Of a stretch of 62,850 nucleotides of DNA, positions 29,204 through 38,832 are shown piece after piece. Position 1 is the first letter of the stretch. The number at the start of each line of letters is the position of its first letter. Under the pieces are notes generated by a model that was not told the origin of the DNA, ran no database searches, and saw nothing but the letters and a program-made list of their open reading frames with translations. The position numbers and the translations under genes were made by a program. The stretch is taken from NCBI GenBank assembly GCA_034111325.1, contig JAWUXM010000049.1:1-62850 (forward strand), in the 5' to 3' direction. Source of the stretch: Rickettsiales bacterium (GTDB lineage: Bacteria; Pseudomonadota; Alphaproteobacteria; Rickettsiales; JABIRX01).

Positions 29204-29929
29204 TTAATAAATGGAGACTCGCATCCTACAGGATTTTAACTCATCAGTTAGAATAAATGCAGAATCAGCTGTAGGAGAATCCGAGCTATCAATGCAACGC
29301 CCTGACGTATTATTAATATCCCACCCTCTCAAAACTCTAATATTCCCAGTTCCAGGGAACTTATCATCTATTTTTATCTCTATTGCCAACGCGTCGAATA
29401 CTTTCACCAATGCATAGTCCGAGGTAACGTCGTAAGTTCCTTTGAGCCCTACTTCCATAACGGTCTCTCTTAACCCTATTGAACCTGCTTTATCCAAAAC
29501 AAAGTATGGAAGATTCACACCTTCAGATATTTCATCAATAGGCAGCGCCGTATATTGCTCATCTATTAAGCCTGATAGGCTCAGATGCTGCCACCCGCGA
29601 AACCCTTCAGTTTCGTCATTCTCTGAAGAATAAGCTGCAGCCTTAAGTAAACCATCACCATTGCCATCACAACTACTAGCACCAACTGTTACACAGCTTG
29701 TCCAATAAGAACTTGCATTTGGCATATCTCCAGGCAAATAATCATAAATAATTTTGAATTGTTGTATGGCTATCTTGTAACGCCTCAAATCGCTAACTTG
29801 GTTATGAATTTTGCTAGTGTAAATCATTCTTTGCCCAGCAGTTATCGTCGCTATAAGAAGCCCGACAATCACCAAAACAATTGAGAGCTCAACTAGGGTA
29901 AAGCCTTTGTTAAACTGAGCTGTTCGCAT
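29204..29929 (-). CDS. Prepilin-type N-terminal methylation-domain protein, paralog 2
   Basis: Leader MRTAQFNKG, then FTLVELSIVLVIVGLL (canonical Gly at -1, Phe at +1, Glu at +5). Shares conserved blocks with 17144-17929. The longer upstream extension is probably not translated. Confidence 0.7.
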   Translation of the reverse strand: MRTAQFNKGFTLVELSIVLVIVGLLIATITAGQRMIYTSKIHNQVSDLRRYKIAIQQFKIIYDYLPGDMPNASSYWTSCVTVGASSCDGNGDGLLKAAAYSSENDETEGFRGWQHLSLSGLIDEQYTALPIDEISEGVNLPYFVLDKAGSIGLRETVMEVGLKGTYDVTSDYALVKVFDALAIEIKIDDKFPGTGNIRVLRGWDINNTSGRCIDSSDSPTADSAFILTDELKSCRMRVSIY

Positions 29930-30274
29930 ATCATTACCTTTTTTAAACCCTGTCATATTTTCAACCCTTAAAGACTTCTCCAGCATAATTATAGTCCCTA
30001 ATTTATTGCACAAGCATAAAAAAAGAGGGTTTCTTTTGCGTATCACTAGTTTGTGCTACGCCTTTATAGTATTAAAATGAAAAAAATAACTTGGCAATAA
30101 CTGATGTTCATGGAGAAGCCTCGCTATAATCTTTACGCATCGCAAACTATAAATAATAGCCCTATAGAGTCATAAAATGATGACAGAATTTCAAGAACGT
30201 CAAGCACTAGACAAATATACTACAGACAACGTCACGAGAAGAAAAGAGGGCGCCACGGCAGAAGAATGGAACCT

Positions 30275-31012
30275 TTAGATCTTCCAGAAGATGGCGCTAG
30301 CCAACCAACCAGCAAAAAGCGCAAGAGCAATTGCAATGAGACCATAGAGTGCAGAATGCTCATGTGCCAAATTATAGATATAAGCCTGTATACCGACCTT
30401 ATCTGCTATAATAGGGGTTGATTGCACCCCAACTAACTCCCCATTATTGATCAAATAAATCTCAGCTGTATAAGTACCTTTAAGCATCTTCTTAGGAAAT
30501 TTTAAAGTTGTTTTGAATAAGGTATCACCCATAAAATCTATCACCCCTATATCCTTAACATATAAACCATTATTGAATTTATTATCTAGTAAGGCCTGCC
30601 TAAAATCTGCCAAGTCAGAAAAATTTGCCTCCCCTGAATAAGAAAGTGGAATATTATCAATGCCTATATTTAATATTTCACGCAAATTGTTACCTTCAAT
30701 TTCTCCCAGGGACACAGAAGATGCAAATGAATAGAAACTATATATGTCGGTAAAGTTTATTTGTTTGCGATTAAGCCATATACCAGCAACTTTCTCTTTT
30801 TTACGCACGATATATGATTGCTTTGGACCACGTACAACCGCAACCAAATCTCCCGCCTCATTACGTGCGCCAAATAAAAACAATTCTGTACCAACAAACC
30901 CAGCATCAATTTTAATATCATTATCTGATAGATCTGAAATAAATGGTTTTGCAACAGCATTTGTTGCATATAACATCACCATCACAATAATAAAACATGT
31001 AGCTCTTTGCAT
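30275..31012 (-). CDS. Conserved membrane-anchored protein (TIGR02186-like, tentative)
   Basis: 245 aa with a signal peptide and a C-terminal TM helix. Abuts the upstream TSUP transporter gene by 1 nt, a pairing I recall from alphaproteobacteria. The family assignment is from memory only. Confidence 0.55.
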   Translation of the reverse strand: MQRATCFIIVMVMLYATNAVAKPFISDLSDNDIKIDAGFVGTELFLFGARNEAGDLVAVVRGPKQSYIVRKKEKVAGIWLNRKQINFTDIYSFYSFASSVSLGEIEGNNLREILNIGIDNIPLSYSGEANFSDLADFRQALLDNKFNNGLYVKDIGVIDFMGDTLFKTTLKFPKKMLKGTYTAEIYLINNGELVGVQSTPIIADKVGIQAYIYNLAHEHSALYGLIAIALALFAGWLASAIFWKI

Positions 31013-31923
31013 TACTCTACCAATATAATTTCATATGGGTTAACTGGCTCAATCAATAGCCCCATCAATAATTTAATAACTACCGCCAATACCATCAACG
31101 CTAATATAGCACGCATCTTCTCAGCTGAAATTTTCGTCCCTAATCTCGTACCGAATTGCGCGCCAATAACCGAGCTCGTAAATAGAATCGAAGCCAGAAC
31201 TATATCAACTGTTTGTGTTGTCACAGATTGTAAAAACGTTACATTTGCTGTAATGAAAATCACCTGGAAAAGCGATGTGCCAATTACCACGCTAGTTGGC
31301 ATCCCTATTATGTAAATCATCGCAGGGATCATAATAAAGCCGCCGCCGATTCCCATGATCGAAACTAATATACCTGCAAAGAAGCTCACAATAATTGGGA
31401 TCAACCAGCTAATTGTAATATTAGAACGTGGAAAGTACATTTGTAGGGGTAAGCGACTTTCTTTCTTCTTCTTTTTACCACCCTGATTATCTCTTACTTT
31501 GCGCCAGTTAAATATTTTACTGAAGCTTTCAACCGCCATTGAAATGCTTATGCTTCCCAATATGATAACATAACTCAGAGAAATAACGATATCAATTTGA
31601 CCAATATCTTTCAGAACACCAAACAGCCAAACACCAAATGTTGAGCCAAAAAAACCACCAATTATTAATATAAAACCCATCTTAAAATCAATATTCTTGC
31701 GCCGCCAATGCGCAAGAAAGGCTGAAAAGGAGGATGCAATAATTTGATTAGCCGAAGTTGATACAGAAATTGCTGGCGGAACCCCTAGAAAAATCAGTAA
31801 TGGCGTCATAATAAAACCGCCGCCAATACCAAAAATTCCAGATAGCAGCCCCGCACCGAAGCCGATAATTAATATCAGAAAAATATTTAAAGGTATTTCT
31901 GCAATTGGTAGGTAAATTTCCAT
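31012..31923 (-). CDS. TSUP (TauE/SafE) family anion exporter
   Basis: 303 aa. Two homologous 4-TM halves with the repeated GIGGGFIM motif. Confidence 0.85.
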   Translation of the reverse strand: MEIYLPIAEIPLNIFLILIIGFGAGLLSGIFGIGGGFIMTPLLIFLGVPPAISVSTSANQIIASSFSAFLAHWRRKNIDFKMGFILIIGGFFGSTFGVWLFGVLKDIGQIDIVISLSYVIILGSISISMAVESFSKIFNWRKVRDNQGGKKKKKESRLPLQMYFPRSNITISWLIPIIVSFFAGILVSIMGIGGGFIMIPAMIYIIGMPTSVVIGTSLFQVIFITANVTFLQSVTTQTVDIVLASILFTSSVIGAQFGTRLGTKISAEKMRAILALMVLAVVIKLLMGLLIEPVNPYEIILVE

Positions 31924-31987
31924 TTAGATAAAAGTAACTTTTGTATCGGTGGGGATACTATTGAGTTATTCTGAAAATTAAATAAAA

Positions 31988-32782
31988 TTATAAATCTTGG
32001 TCAAGTTTTGCCGGTGTGATTTTACTCCATTTAGGATTTGTTTTATCCGCATGCAATGATTTTGCATTATGAATTTTCTGTGCTTCTCCAAGATTTTTGA
32101 TTAATTCACTACTTGCTTGTGCGATTTTTTTATCAATTTGCTTTTTCAAACTCTCATTAAAAATTTCTTCTATCCATTTGGTTGTGCTAGGAAATAATTG
32201 AAAAACATCTGCAGTTTTAAAATGAAAATCCCCTTTATACCCAGCAACCTCCTTTGCAGTTGCAATTAGCTGAAAATAACGCGCTAGTAACTCCGAATTG
32301 ATTTTTTCCTTCGGATATAAGGTTAACTCTTTCATAATAATTTGATCAATCCCCCGTCGCAAATTCATATGTGCATTGTCATAATTTGCCATGTCGGCTT
32401 TAAATGCGGCAGCAAAATCTTTACTAATGTCCAAGCCACTCTCCTTCTCTAAAGCGTGCGCAATTTCATGCATTAAAGTATCAACCGTGAGATCACGCAA
32501 AATGATTTTATGCTTATGTCTTTTAAAAAAAGCCTTAATAAATTTATTATAAATGCGCTGCTCAGTTGTCAGGCAACAACCAGCTAAGGTTCCACGAAAT
32601 TGCAGCTGCACGACTTCAAATTCCATCAACCCAACATCTGCTTTTGTGAGGGTTAAGTCTAACCCATACTTAAATAAAGGAATTCTATATAGCTCCCTGA
32701 AAAACCTTGCAAATAGATCTTCATCTTGCTTAGATGCCGTGATAGCTTTGGTGATAATCCTTCTTATATTCATACTCATCAA
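31988..32782 (-). CDS. Hypothetical protein with an HExxH zinc-metallopeptidase motif
   Basis: 264 aa, no signal peptide. A single TLMHEIAHALEKE motif. I recognise no other family. Confidence 0.5.
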   Translation of the reverse strand: MMSMNIRRIITKAITASKQDEDLFARFFRELYRIPLFKYGLDLTLTKADVGLMEFEVVQLQFRGTLAGCCLTTEQRIYNKFIKAFFKRHKHKIILRDLTVDTLMHEIAHALEKESGLDISKDFAAAFKADMANYDNAHMNLRRGIDQIIMKELTLYPKEKINSELLARYFQLIATAKEVAGYKGDFHFKTADVFQLFPSTTKWIEEIFNESLKKQIDKKIAQASSELIKNLGEAQKIHNAKSLHADKTNPKWSKITPAKLDQDL

Positions 32783-32866
32783 AAAAAAATTCTAGTTGGG
32801 CTTGTATATTTTATTTTACCCACTAGAAACCCTACTGTTATTTATTCTGCATTTAAACAAAAATAA

Positions 32867-33442
32867 ATGATCCTATTAATCGATAATTACGACAGCTTTA
32901 CATACAATCTAGTCCACTATCTTGCTGAACTAGGCGCTGAGACAGTCGTCAAACGTAATGATGAAATTTCTATCAGCGAGATAGAAGAATTAAATCCCCA
33001 AGCGATCATTATCTCTCCAGGCCCTTGTACACCCAACGAAGCTGGCATATGCCTTGACTTAATCACGGCCTATAAAGACAAATTCCCAATATTAGGCGTT
33101 TGCCTTGGCCACCAAGCAATTGCACAAGCCTTTGGAGCAGAGATTGTTAAAGCACCAAAACCTATGCATGGTAAAGTCGACGACATAAAACATAATGGTG
33201 ATGATATGTTCGCTGACATCCCTTCTCCTTTTGCCGCTACAAGATACCACTCACTGATTATAAAAAATGATAGCCTCCCTGATGAGCTGTTAGTTACAGC
33301 AACAAATAATGATGGCGATATCATAATGGCAATTCGTCATAAAACATTACCGATTTTTGGCTTGCAGTTTCACCCAGAAAGCATAGCTACTGAACATGGT
33401 CATCAATTATTACGTAACTTTTTAAATAATATTAACAATTAA
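32867..33442 (+). CDS. Glutamine amidotransferase component II of aminodeoxychorismate/anthranilate synthase (PabA/TrpG)
   Basis: 191 aa. MILLIDNYDSFTYNL start, catalytic GVCLGHQ and the FHPES triad. Confidence 0.9.
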   Translation: MILLIDNYDSFTYNLVHYLAELGAETVVKRNDEISISEIEELNPQAIIISPGPCTPNEAGICLDLITAYKDKFPILGVCLGHQAIAQAFGAEIVKAPKPMHGKVDDIKHNGDDMFADIPSPFAATRYHSLIIKNDSLPDELLVTATNNDGDIIMAIRHKTLPIFGLQFHPESIATEHGHQLLRNFLNNINN

Positions 33443-33448
33443 TATAAA

Positions 33449-33832
33449 ATGAAAGACAACATGGATTCCTCAACACCGGTTAACAAGATGAATGTAATTG
33501 AAATCAAAGTAGGAAATCATTATCATAAGATTTCATGTAAAGATGGCGAGGAAGCGCATATCAAAAACCTGAGCGATAAGCTTAGCCAACGTGTTGATAG
33601 CCTTGCTAAAAGTTTTGGTGACAAAGCAAGCGAAAATCTCCTCTTAATTATAGCTGGAATTATGCTTGAAGATGAATTAGCCAACAAAAAACCAACCAAC
33701 AGTGCAAATAACAATATCGCTAAGAGCACTAATCATCAAGAAAGCCAAGATCTTAAATTAGCTGCAAAAGAATCAATTGCCTCAATTGATAAAATTATGC
33801 ATAAGTTAAATAAAATCCAAAACCCTCAATAG
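33449..33832 (+). CDS. zapA: Cell division protein ZapA
   Basis: 127 aa. IEIKVGNHYHKISCKDGEEAHIKNL...NLLLIIAGIMLEDEL fits ZapA. The classic zapA-ssrS-5FCL synteny follows. Confidence 0.75.
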   Translation: MKDNMDSSTPVNKMNVIEIKVGNHYHKISCKDGEEAHIKNLSDKLSQRVDSLAKSFGDKASENLLLIIAGIMLEDELANKKPTNSANNNIAKSTNHQESQDLKLAAKESIASIDKIMHKLNKIQNPQ

Positions 33833-33927
33833 GGATTGTCGCTAACGCTCCATCCGAAGCAGTTTCGCTGCATTCAGGCCATGACTGCGTAAAGCTTAAT
33901 TACCAATAGTCCCAAACAACTTTTAGC

Positions 33928-33956
33928 TTGCAACCACTTTATACAAGCTTTAAACT
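33928..33956 (+). promoter_or_regulatory. Sigma-70-type promoter for 6S RNA (TTGCAA-N17-TAAACT)
   Basis: -35 at 33928-33933, a 17-nt spacer, and -10 at 33951-33956. Lies a few nt upstream of the predicted 6S 5' end. Confidence 0.5.
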
Positions 33957-33958
33957 GG

Positions 33959-34110
33959 GGGTACTGCTCGGTTCGACCGGACTTTTATTTGGAGACCGAT
34001 AATTTTTTCTAGGGAGCTGTCCCTGTTAGCTGCCGTGGCACTGATATATGGCGCCCACCTGTACATACTCGGGTCTTAGAAAATATATGTTCATCGGCCG
34101 AGCGGTACCT
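33959..34110 (+). ncRNA. ssrS: 6S RNA
   Basis: Located between zapA and 5-formyl-THF cyclo-ligase (conserved synteny). A roughly 14-bp closing stem forms between GGTACTGCTCGGTT and GGCCGAGCGGTACC. Internal helices AGACC/GGTCT plus small hairpins (GGGAgctgTCCC, TGCCgtGGCA) flank a central unpaired region. Ends are approximate. Confidence 0.7.
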
Positions 34111-34115
34111 TTATA

Positions 34116-34245
34116 AATTAATCTTTTTGCGCCCTTTTTGCTAAATAACCTTTGCTCCTTTCGCTCATGTACCCAAATGTACATGTTCGCTCACTCACAA
34201 AGAACATTTAACAAAAATCATCACAAAAATCTTTAATTTACACTA
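34116..34245 (-). repeat. Intergenic repeat family B, copy B2 (inverted orientation)
   Basis: The reverse complement aligns with B1 and B3. Central hairpin CATGTAC-atttgg-GTACATG. The left end carries AATTAATCTTTTT. Confidence 0.7.
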
Positions 34246-34315
34246 AAGGGCAATCTTTCGGATTATTCTTTAAACGATTAGTTATTGAAGAAAGCACACA
34301 TAAAAAAGCAACATC

Positions 34316-34873
34316 ATGCCAAACATAGCCCAGCAAAAAGATAAGATTCGCAGCCATTACGCCACAGTGCGTAAAGAGCTCAGCAACAAAGCCGAACTAG
34401 ATAAGCTAATCGGGCAAACTCTACTCACATTAAACCTCTTCAGCCAAGGCAAAAAACTCGCTTTCTATTACCCAACACAACATGAAATCAATATCCTACC
34501 AGCTATTAAAATTCTTAGCCTACAAAACATCATTAGCCTTCCAACTATCAATAAAAAAGAAATTGCCTTCCGCAAATGGAACGATGATGAAGCACTTATT
34601 CCTAATAAGGATTTCCAAATACATGAGCCTTCACAAGATAACGAAGAAATTGCCCCAGACATCATTATTTGCCCATTGCTCGCATTTGACAGAAACGGCT
34701 ATCGCCTAGGTTATGGTGGTGGCTTTTATGACCGCGCCTTAAAGAAATTCCCTAAAGCAATCAAAATTGGCGTAGCCTATTCTTTAAGTGAAGAATCTAG
34801 CCTCCCTACCGAACCACATGACCAAAAATTATGCATGATCGTCACTGAGAAAGAAGTAATAGAAATCAAATAA
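34316..34873 (+). CDS. 5-formyltetrahydrofolate cyclo-ligase
   Basis: 185 aa. The C-terminal PLLAFDRNGYRLGYGGGFYDR motif is diagnostic. Confidence 0.85.
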   Translation: MPNIAQQKDKIRSHYATVRKELSNKAELDKLIGQTLLTLNLFSQGKKLAFYYPTQHEINILPAIKILSLQNIISLPTINKKEIAFRKWNDDEALIPNKDFQIHEPSQDNEEIAPDIIICPLLAFDRNGYRLGYGGGFYDRALKKFPKAIKIGVAYSLSEESSLPTEPHDQKLCMIVTEKEVIEIK

Positions 34874-34885
34874 TCCTTATACATC

Positions 34886-35683
34886 ATGAAAATATTATTC
34901 TGCGGCGACATAGTCGGTAGGGCTGGCCGCAAAGCAATTACCGAATCAGTACCACAATTGCGCCAGGAACTAAAGCTAGATTTTGTTATCGCCAATAGCG
35001 ACAATTCCGCCGCTGGGTTTGGCGTAACCAAAAAAATCTGCCATCAATTAAGCGAAGCTGGCGTTGACGCAATCACCGGTGGTGACCATGTATGGGACCA
35101 GAAAGATACTATTAACTTTATTGGTGAAAGTGATGTTTTACTGCGCCCGCACAACTATCCACAGCCACTTCCAGGAAGTGGTGCCAAAGTCTTTACTGAT
35201 CAAGCTGGACGAAAAATTCTTATCATCCATTTGATGGGACAAGTTTTTATCAAACAACAACTCAACTGTCCTTTTGCCTGCGCTACGAAAATCCTTGAGG
35301 AATATCAATTAGGCAAAAATGTAGATGCTATTATTGTTGATTTCCATGCTGAAGCGACTTCCGAGAAAAACGCCATGGGGAATTTCCTCGATGGTAAAGT
35401 CTCATTCGTCGTCGGCACTCATACCCACATTCCAACTGCTGATGAACGTATATTAACCAATGGCACAGCATATTTAACCGATGCTGGCATGTGTGGTGAT
35501 TATGATTCAATCATCGGTATGGAAAAAGCCGGCCCGATGCATGTATTTCTATACAAAACCAAAGGTGAGGCTATGCGCCCTGCACAAATAAACTCTGAAC
35601 TGCGCGGCGTTTATGTAGAAATTGACGATGAAACTGGCTTGGCAGTTGATATCCAAACAATCAAACGCAAGATCAAAAATTAA
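34886..35683 (+). CDS. YmdB-family metallophosphoesterase (TIGR00282)
   Basis: 265 aa. MKILFCGDIVGRAGR start, GGDHVWD and DFHAEATSEK motifs. Confidence 0.9.
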   Translation: MKILFCGDIVGRAGRKAITESVPQLRQELKLDFVIANSDNSAAGFGVTKKICHQLSEAGVDAITGGDHVWDQKDTINFIGESDVLLRPHNYPQPLPGSGAKVFTDQAGRKILIIHLMGQVFIKQQLNCPFACATKILEEYQLGKNVDAIIVDFHAEATSEKNAMGNFLDGKVSFVVGTHTHIPTADERILTNGTAYLTDAGMCGDYDSIIGMEKAGPMHVFLYKTKGEAMRPAQINSELRGVYVEIDDETGLAVDIQTIKRKIKN

Positions 35684-38600
35684 TTCTTTTTAAACATTTT
35701 GCGCTCTTCCCAAATATAATAAATAACCGGCACAATAATTAACGTAAGTATAGTCGTAGTAATCATCCCGCCAACCATAGGCAACGCTATACGACGCATT
35801 ACATCAGAACCCAAGCCGTCAGTTATAAAGATTGGCAACAAACCTGCAAATAAAGTACTCACAGTCATAAGCACAGGACGCACTCTCAAGGTTGCACCAC
35901 GCATAATCGCAGCTGATAATTCTTTAGAATTCTTTGGTAAATTTTCCTGCACATGAAGATCAATATAAATCAACACGATAATTGCCGTTTCTGCAGCAAC
36001 GCCTGCCAGAGCAATAAAACCTACAGCCACTGCAATGGAGAAATTATAGCCAGCAAAATAAAGTAACCACATTCCACCGATAAGAGCAAATGGCAAAGAT
36101 AGCATAACCATCAATGCTCTGTCTAAACGCCCAAAATACACTAGCAATAAAACAAGAATCGCTAAAAGTGCTGATGGAACCGCAATTTTCATGCGCGCAC
36201 TAGCTTCTAACATTTGCTCAAACTGACCCGACCATGAAATAGCATAACCAGCTGGCAATGTGACTTGCTCTGCAACAATTTTCTGCGCTTCCGCCACATA
36301 TGAACCAAGATCACGATCCGCAATATCAACAAATACCCAACCATTTAACCTAGCATTTTCCGACTTAATCATTGGTGGCCCTTCGGTAAACTCAATTGTA
36401 GCTAATTCCCCTAATGGAATATGCTGCCCTTGTGGCGTTGGAATAATAATATTGGCTATATCTTCAGGTGACTCACGAAACCGCCTTTCATAACGCAACA
36501 TAATATTATAACGCTCTCGCCCTTGTACTGATTCAGCAAGCTTCATGCCACCTAAAGCAGTTTGTATAACATTTTGAAACATCCCCAGATCAATATTTTG
36601 TCTCGCTAATTCATTGCGATCAGGTGTAATTTCTAGATATTTACCACCAATAACCCGATCAGCGAATGCCGAACGCGTACCTCTTATTTTTCCTACTACA
36701 CTCTCAACATCAAGAGCAATACGGCTAATTTCTTTTAAATCTGCTCCTGAAATTTTAATTCCGACAGGTGTACGAATTCCCGTTGAAATCATATCCATAC
36801 GAGTCTTGATTGGATATCCCCAGCTATTAATAAGCCCTGGTAATTTTACTCGCTGATCCAGTTCCTTAGTTAATTTGTTAATGGTTAAACCTTTGCGCCA
36901 CTGATCTTTTGGCTTCAGCCTTATCCAACTTTCAATCATCGAAATCGGTGCTGAATCTGTTGCACTATCAGTTCTACCAGCTTTGCCAAATACTTGTTCT
37001 ACTTCAGGAATTGTCTTTATCAGACGATTAGTTTGTGCTAGGATTTCCTTAGCTTTTGTTATTGAAACCCCCGGTAATGTCGTTGGCATATATAAAAGCT
37101 CTCCTTCATATAAGGCAGGCATAAATTCCGAACCTGTACGCATTAATGGCCAAGCCGTACTTAATAATAAGATAGCGGCAATAGTTACCATTTTCCACTT
37201 GCGCACCAAGGCATTTTTGAGAAGTGGTGTATATATTTTAATAAACCAATTATTAACTGGATTCTCATTTTCCTTGCGAATTCTACCACGAATCAACCAC
37301 AACATTAACACTGGTACAACCGTAATTGAGAGGATAGAGGCAAAACCCATCGCATAAGTTTTAGTAAAAGCTAATGGTGAAAATAAACGATATGACTGAC
37401 CAGTAAGTGCAAATACTGGCAAAAATGACACAGTGATAATTAATAGTGAAAAGAACAACCCCGGCCCAACTTCTTTAGCCGCCAATAAAATAGCAGCTCT
37501 TTTCTCCTCCCGCACTGCCGATTCTGGCATTATTGAGAGTTTACGATGTGCATTTTCCACCATGACAATTGAGGCATCAACCATCGCCCCAATAGCAATT
37601 GCAATTCCACCTAACGACATGATATTAGCCGTAATTCCCTGCATCGACATAATTACAAAAGCAGCAAGAATCCCCAACGGAAGCGTAACAATTGCTACAA
37701 AAGCCGAGCGTACATGTAGTAAAAATATTAAACAGACAAATGCCACTACGATCGCTTCTTCAAGAAGTTTATGGCTTAGATATTTTACCGCTCCCCGAAT
37801 TAGCGGCGCACGATCATAAACAGTAATAATTTTAATCCCTTCTGGCAAGCCTTGCTCAAGCTCTACTAGCTTCTTTTTGACTCCCTCAATAACATTCAAA
37901 GCATTCTCGCCCGAACGCATAACAATCACACCGCCAACAACTTCACCCTCACCATTTAACTCAACAACTCCGCGACGCAATTCAGGACCTTCAATAATAC
38001 GTGCAACATCTTCAAGTATGACCGGAACGCCATTTTTTGAATAAACTACTACTTTCTTTAGCTCCTCAATATTTGTAATATAACCTTTGGAACGAATCAT
38101 GAACTCCATCTCGCCTTGCTCCACTACCCTTCCGCCAACCTCTTTGCTAGCAAATTTAATAGCATCTACAATCCTATGCAATGGCACATTATACGCACGT
38201 AAACGATTAGGGTCGATAAGGATTTGAAACTCCTTTACAAATCCGCCAACTGAAGCAACTTCTGATACTCCCTTAACCGTAGCTAATTCAAATTTCAAAA
38301 ACCAATCCTGCAAACTACGCAAATAGGCTAAATCATATTTACCGCTTTCATCAACTATAGCATATTGATATACCCAACCCACACCTGTTGCATCTGGACC
38401 AATTTGTGGCACAGCATTGTCTGGCAAATCTCCACTGGCTTTTGATAATGCCTCAATCACTCGGCTCCTTGCCCAATATTGATCAACACCATCTTCAAAA
38501 ATTATATAAATAAATGATGTCCCAAACATTGAAAAACCACGCACATTTTTAGTACGTGGCAAGCCAAGCATAGTTGTGGATAATGGGTAAGTGACAAGAT

Positions 38601-38832
38601 CTTCAATAATTTGCGGAGACTGACCAGCAAAATCAGTACGAATAATAACTTGCGTATCAGAAAGATCAGGAATCGCATCTAAAGATGTTTTCTGAATAGA
38701 AATTATTCCTACAACCAATAACGCAACAACTGCTATACTAACCAATAAGCTATTATTAGCTGACCATTCAATAATTTTTGCCGCAATTGACTCTGTATGT
38801 TTTTTATTCCGCTTAATGTCCTGCATGACCAC
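35680..38832 (-). CDS. cusA: Heavy-metal (Cu/Ag) RND efflux permease CusA
   Basis: 1050 aa. HME-RND pattern (IIEWSANNSLLV start, conserved AIGAMVDASIVMVENA). Methionine-rich periplasmic segments. Lies in a cusCBA arrangement. Confidence 0.9.
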   Translation of the reverse strand: MVMQDIKRNKKHTESIAAKIIEWSANNSLLVSIAVVALLVVGIISIQKTSLDAIPDLSDTQVIIRTDFAGQSPQIIEDLVTYPLSTTMLGLPRTKNVRGFSMFGTSFIYIIFEDGVDQYWARSRVIEALSKASGDLPDNAVPQIGPDATGVGWVYQYAIVDESGKYDLAYLRSLQDWFLKFELATVKGVSEVASVGGFVKEFQILIDPNRLRAYNVPLHRIVDAIKFASKEVGGRVVEQGEMEFMIRSKGYITNIEELKKVVVYSKNGVPVILEDVARIIEGPELRRGVVELNGEGEVVGGVIVMRSGENALNVIEGVKKKLVELEQGLPEGIKIITVYDRAPLIRGAVKYLSHKLLEEAIVVAFVCLIFLLHVRSAFVAIVTLPLGILAAFVIMSMQGITANIMSLGGIAIAIGAMVDASIVMVENAHRKLSIMPESAVREEKRAAILLAAKEVGPGLFFSLLIITVSFLPVFALTGQSYRLFSPLAFTKTYAMGFASILSITVVPVLMLWLIRGRIRKENENPVNNWFIKIYTPLLKNALVRKWKMVTIAAILLLSTAWPLMRTGSEFMPALYEGELLYMPTTLPGVSITKAKEILAQTNRLIKTIPEVEQVFGKAGRTDSATDSAPISMIESWIRLKPKDQWRKGLTINKLTKELDQRVKLPGLINSWGYPIKTRMDMISTGIRTPVGIKISGADLKEISRIALDVESVVGKIRGTRSAFADRVIGGKYLEITPDRNELARQNIDLGMFQNVIQTALGGMKLAESVQGRERYNIMLRYERRFRESPEDIANIIIPTPQGQHIPLGELATIEFTEGPPMIKSENARLNGWVFVDIADRDLGSYVAEAQKIVAEQVTLPAGYAISWSGQFEQMLEASARMKIAVPSALLAILVLLLVYFGRLDRALMVMLSLPFALIGGMWLLYFAGYNFSIAVAVGFIALAGVAAETAIIVLIYIDLHVQENLPKNSKELSAAIMRGATLRVRPVLMTVSTLFAGLLPIFITDGLGSDVMRRIALPMVGGMITTTILTLIIVPVIYYIWEERKMFKKN

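Noticed and set aside
36983-37819. Plus-strand ORFs of 124 and 128 aa inside cusA. Similar antisense ORFs occur at 3726-3923, 5495-5818, 9865-10368, 15404-15781, 23704-24105, 42812-43183 and 46772-47122.
   Set aside because: All lie antisense within long ORFs that have strong family signatures. Their sequences are low-complexity with no recognisable motifs. They are typical shadow ORFs.
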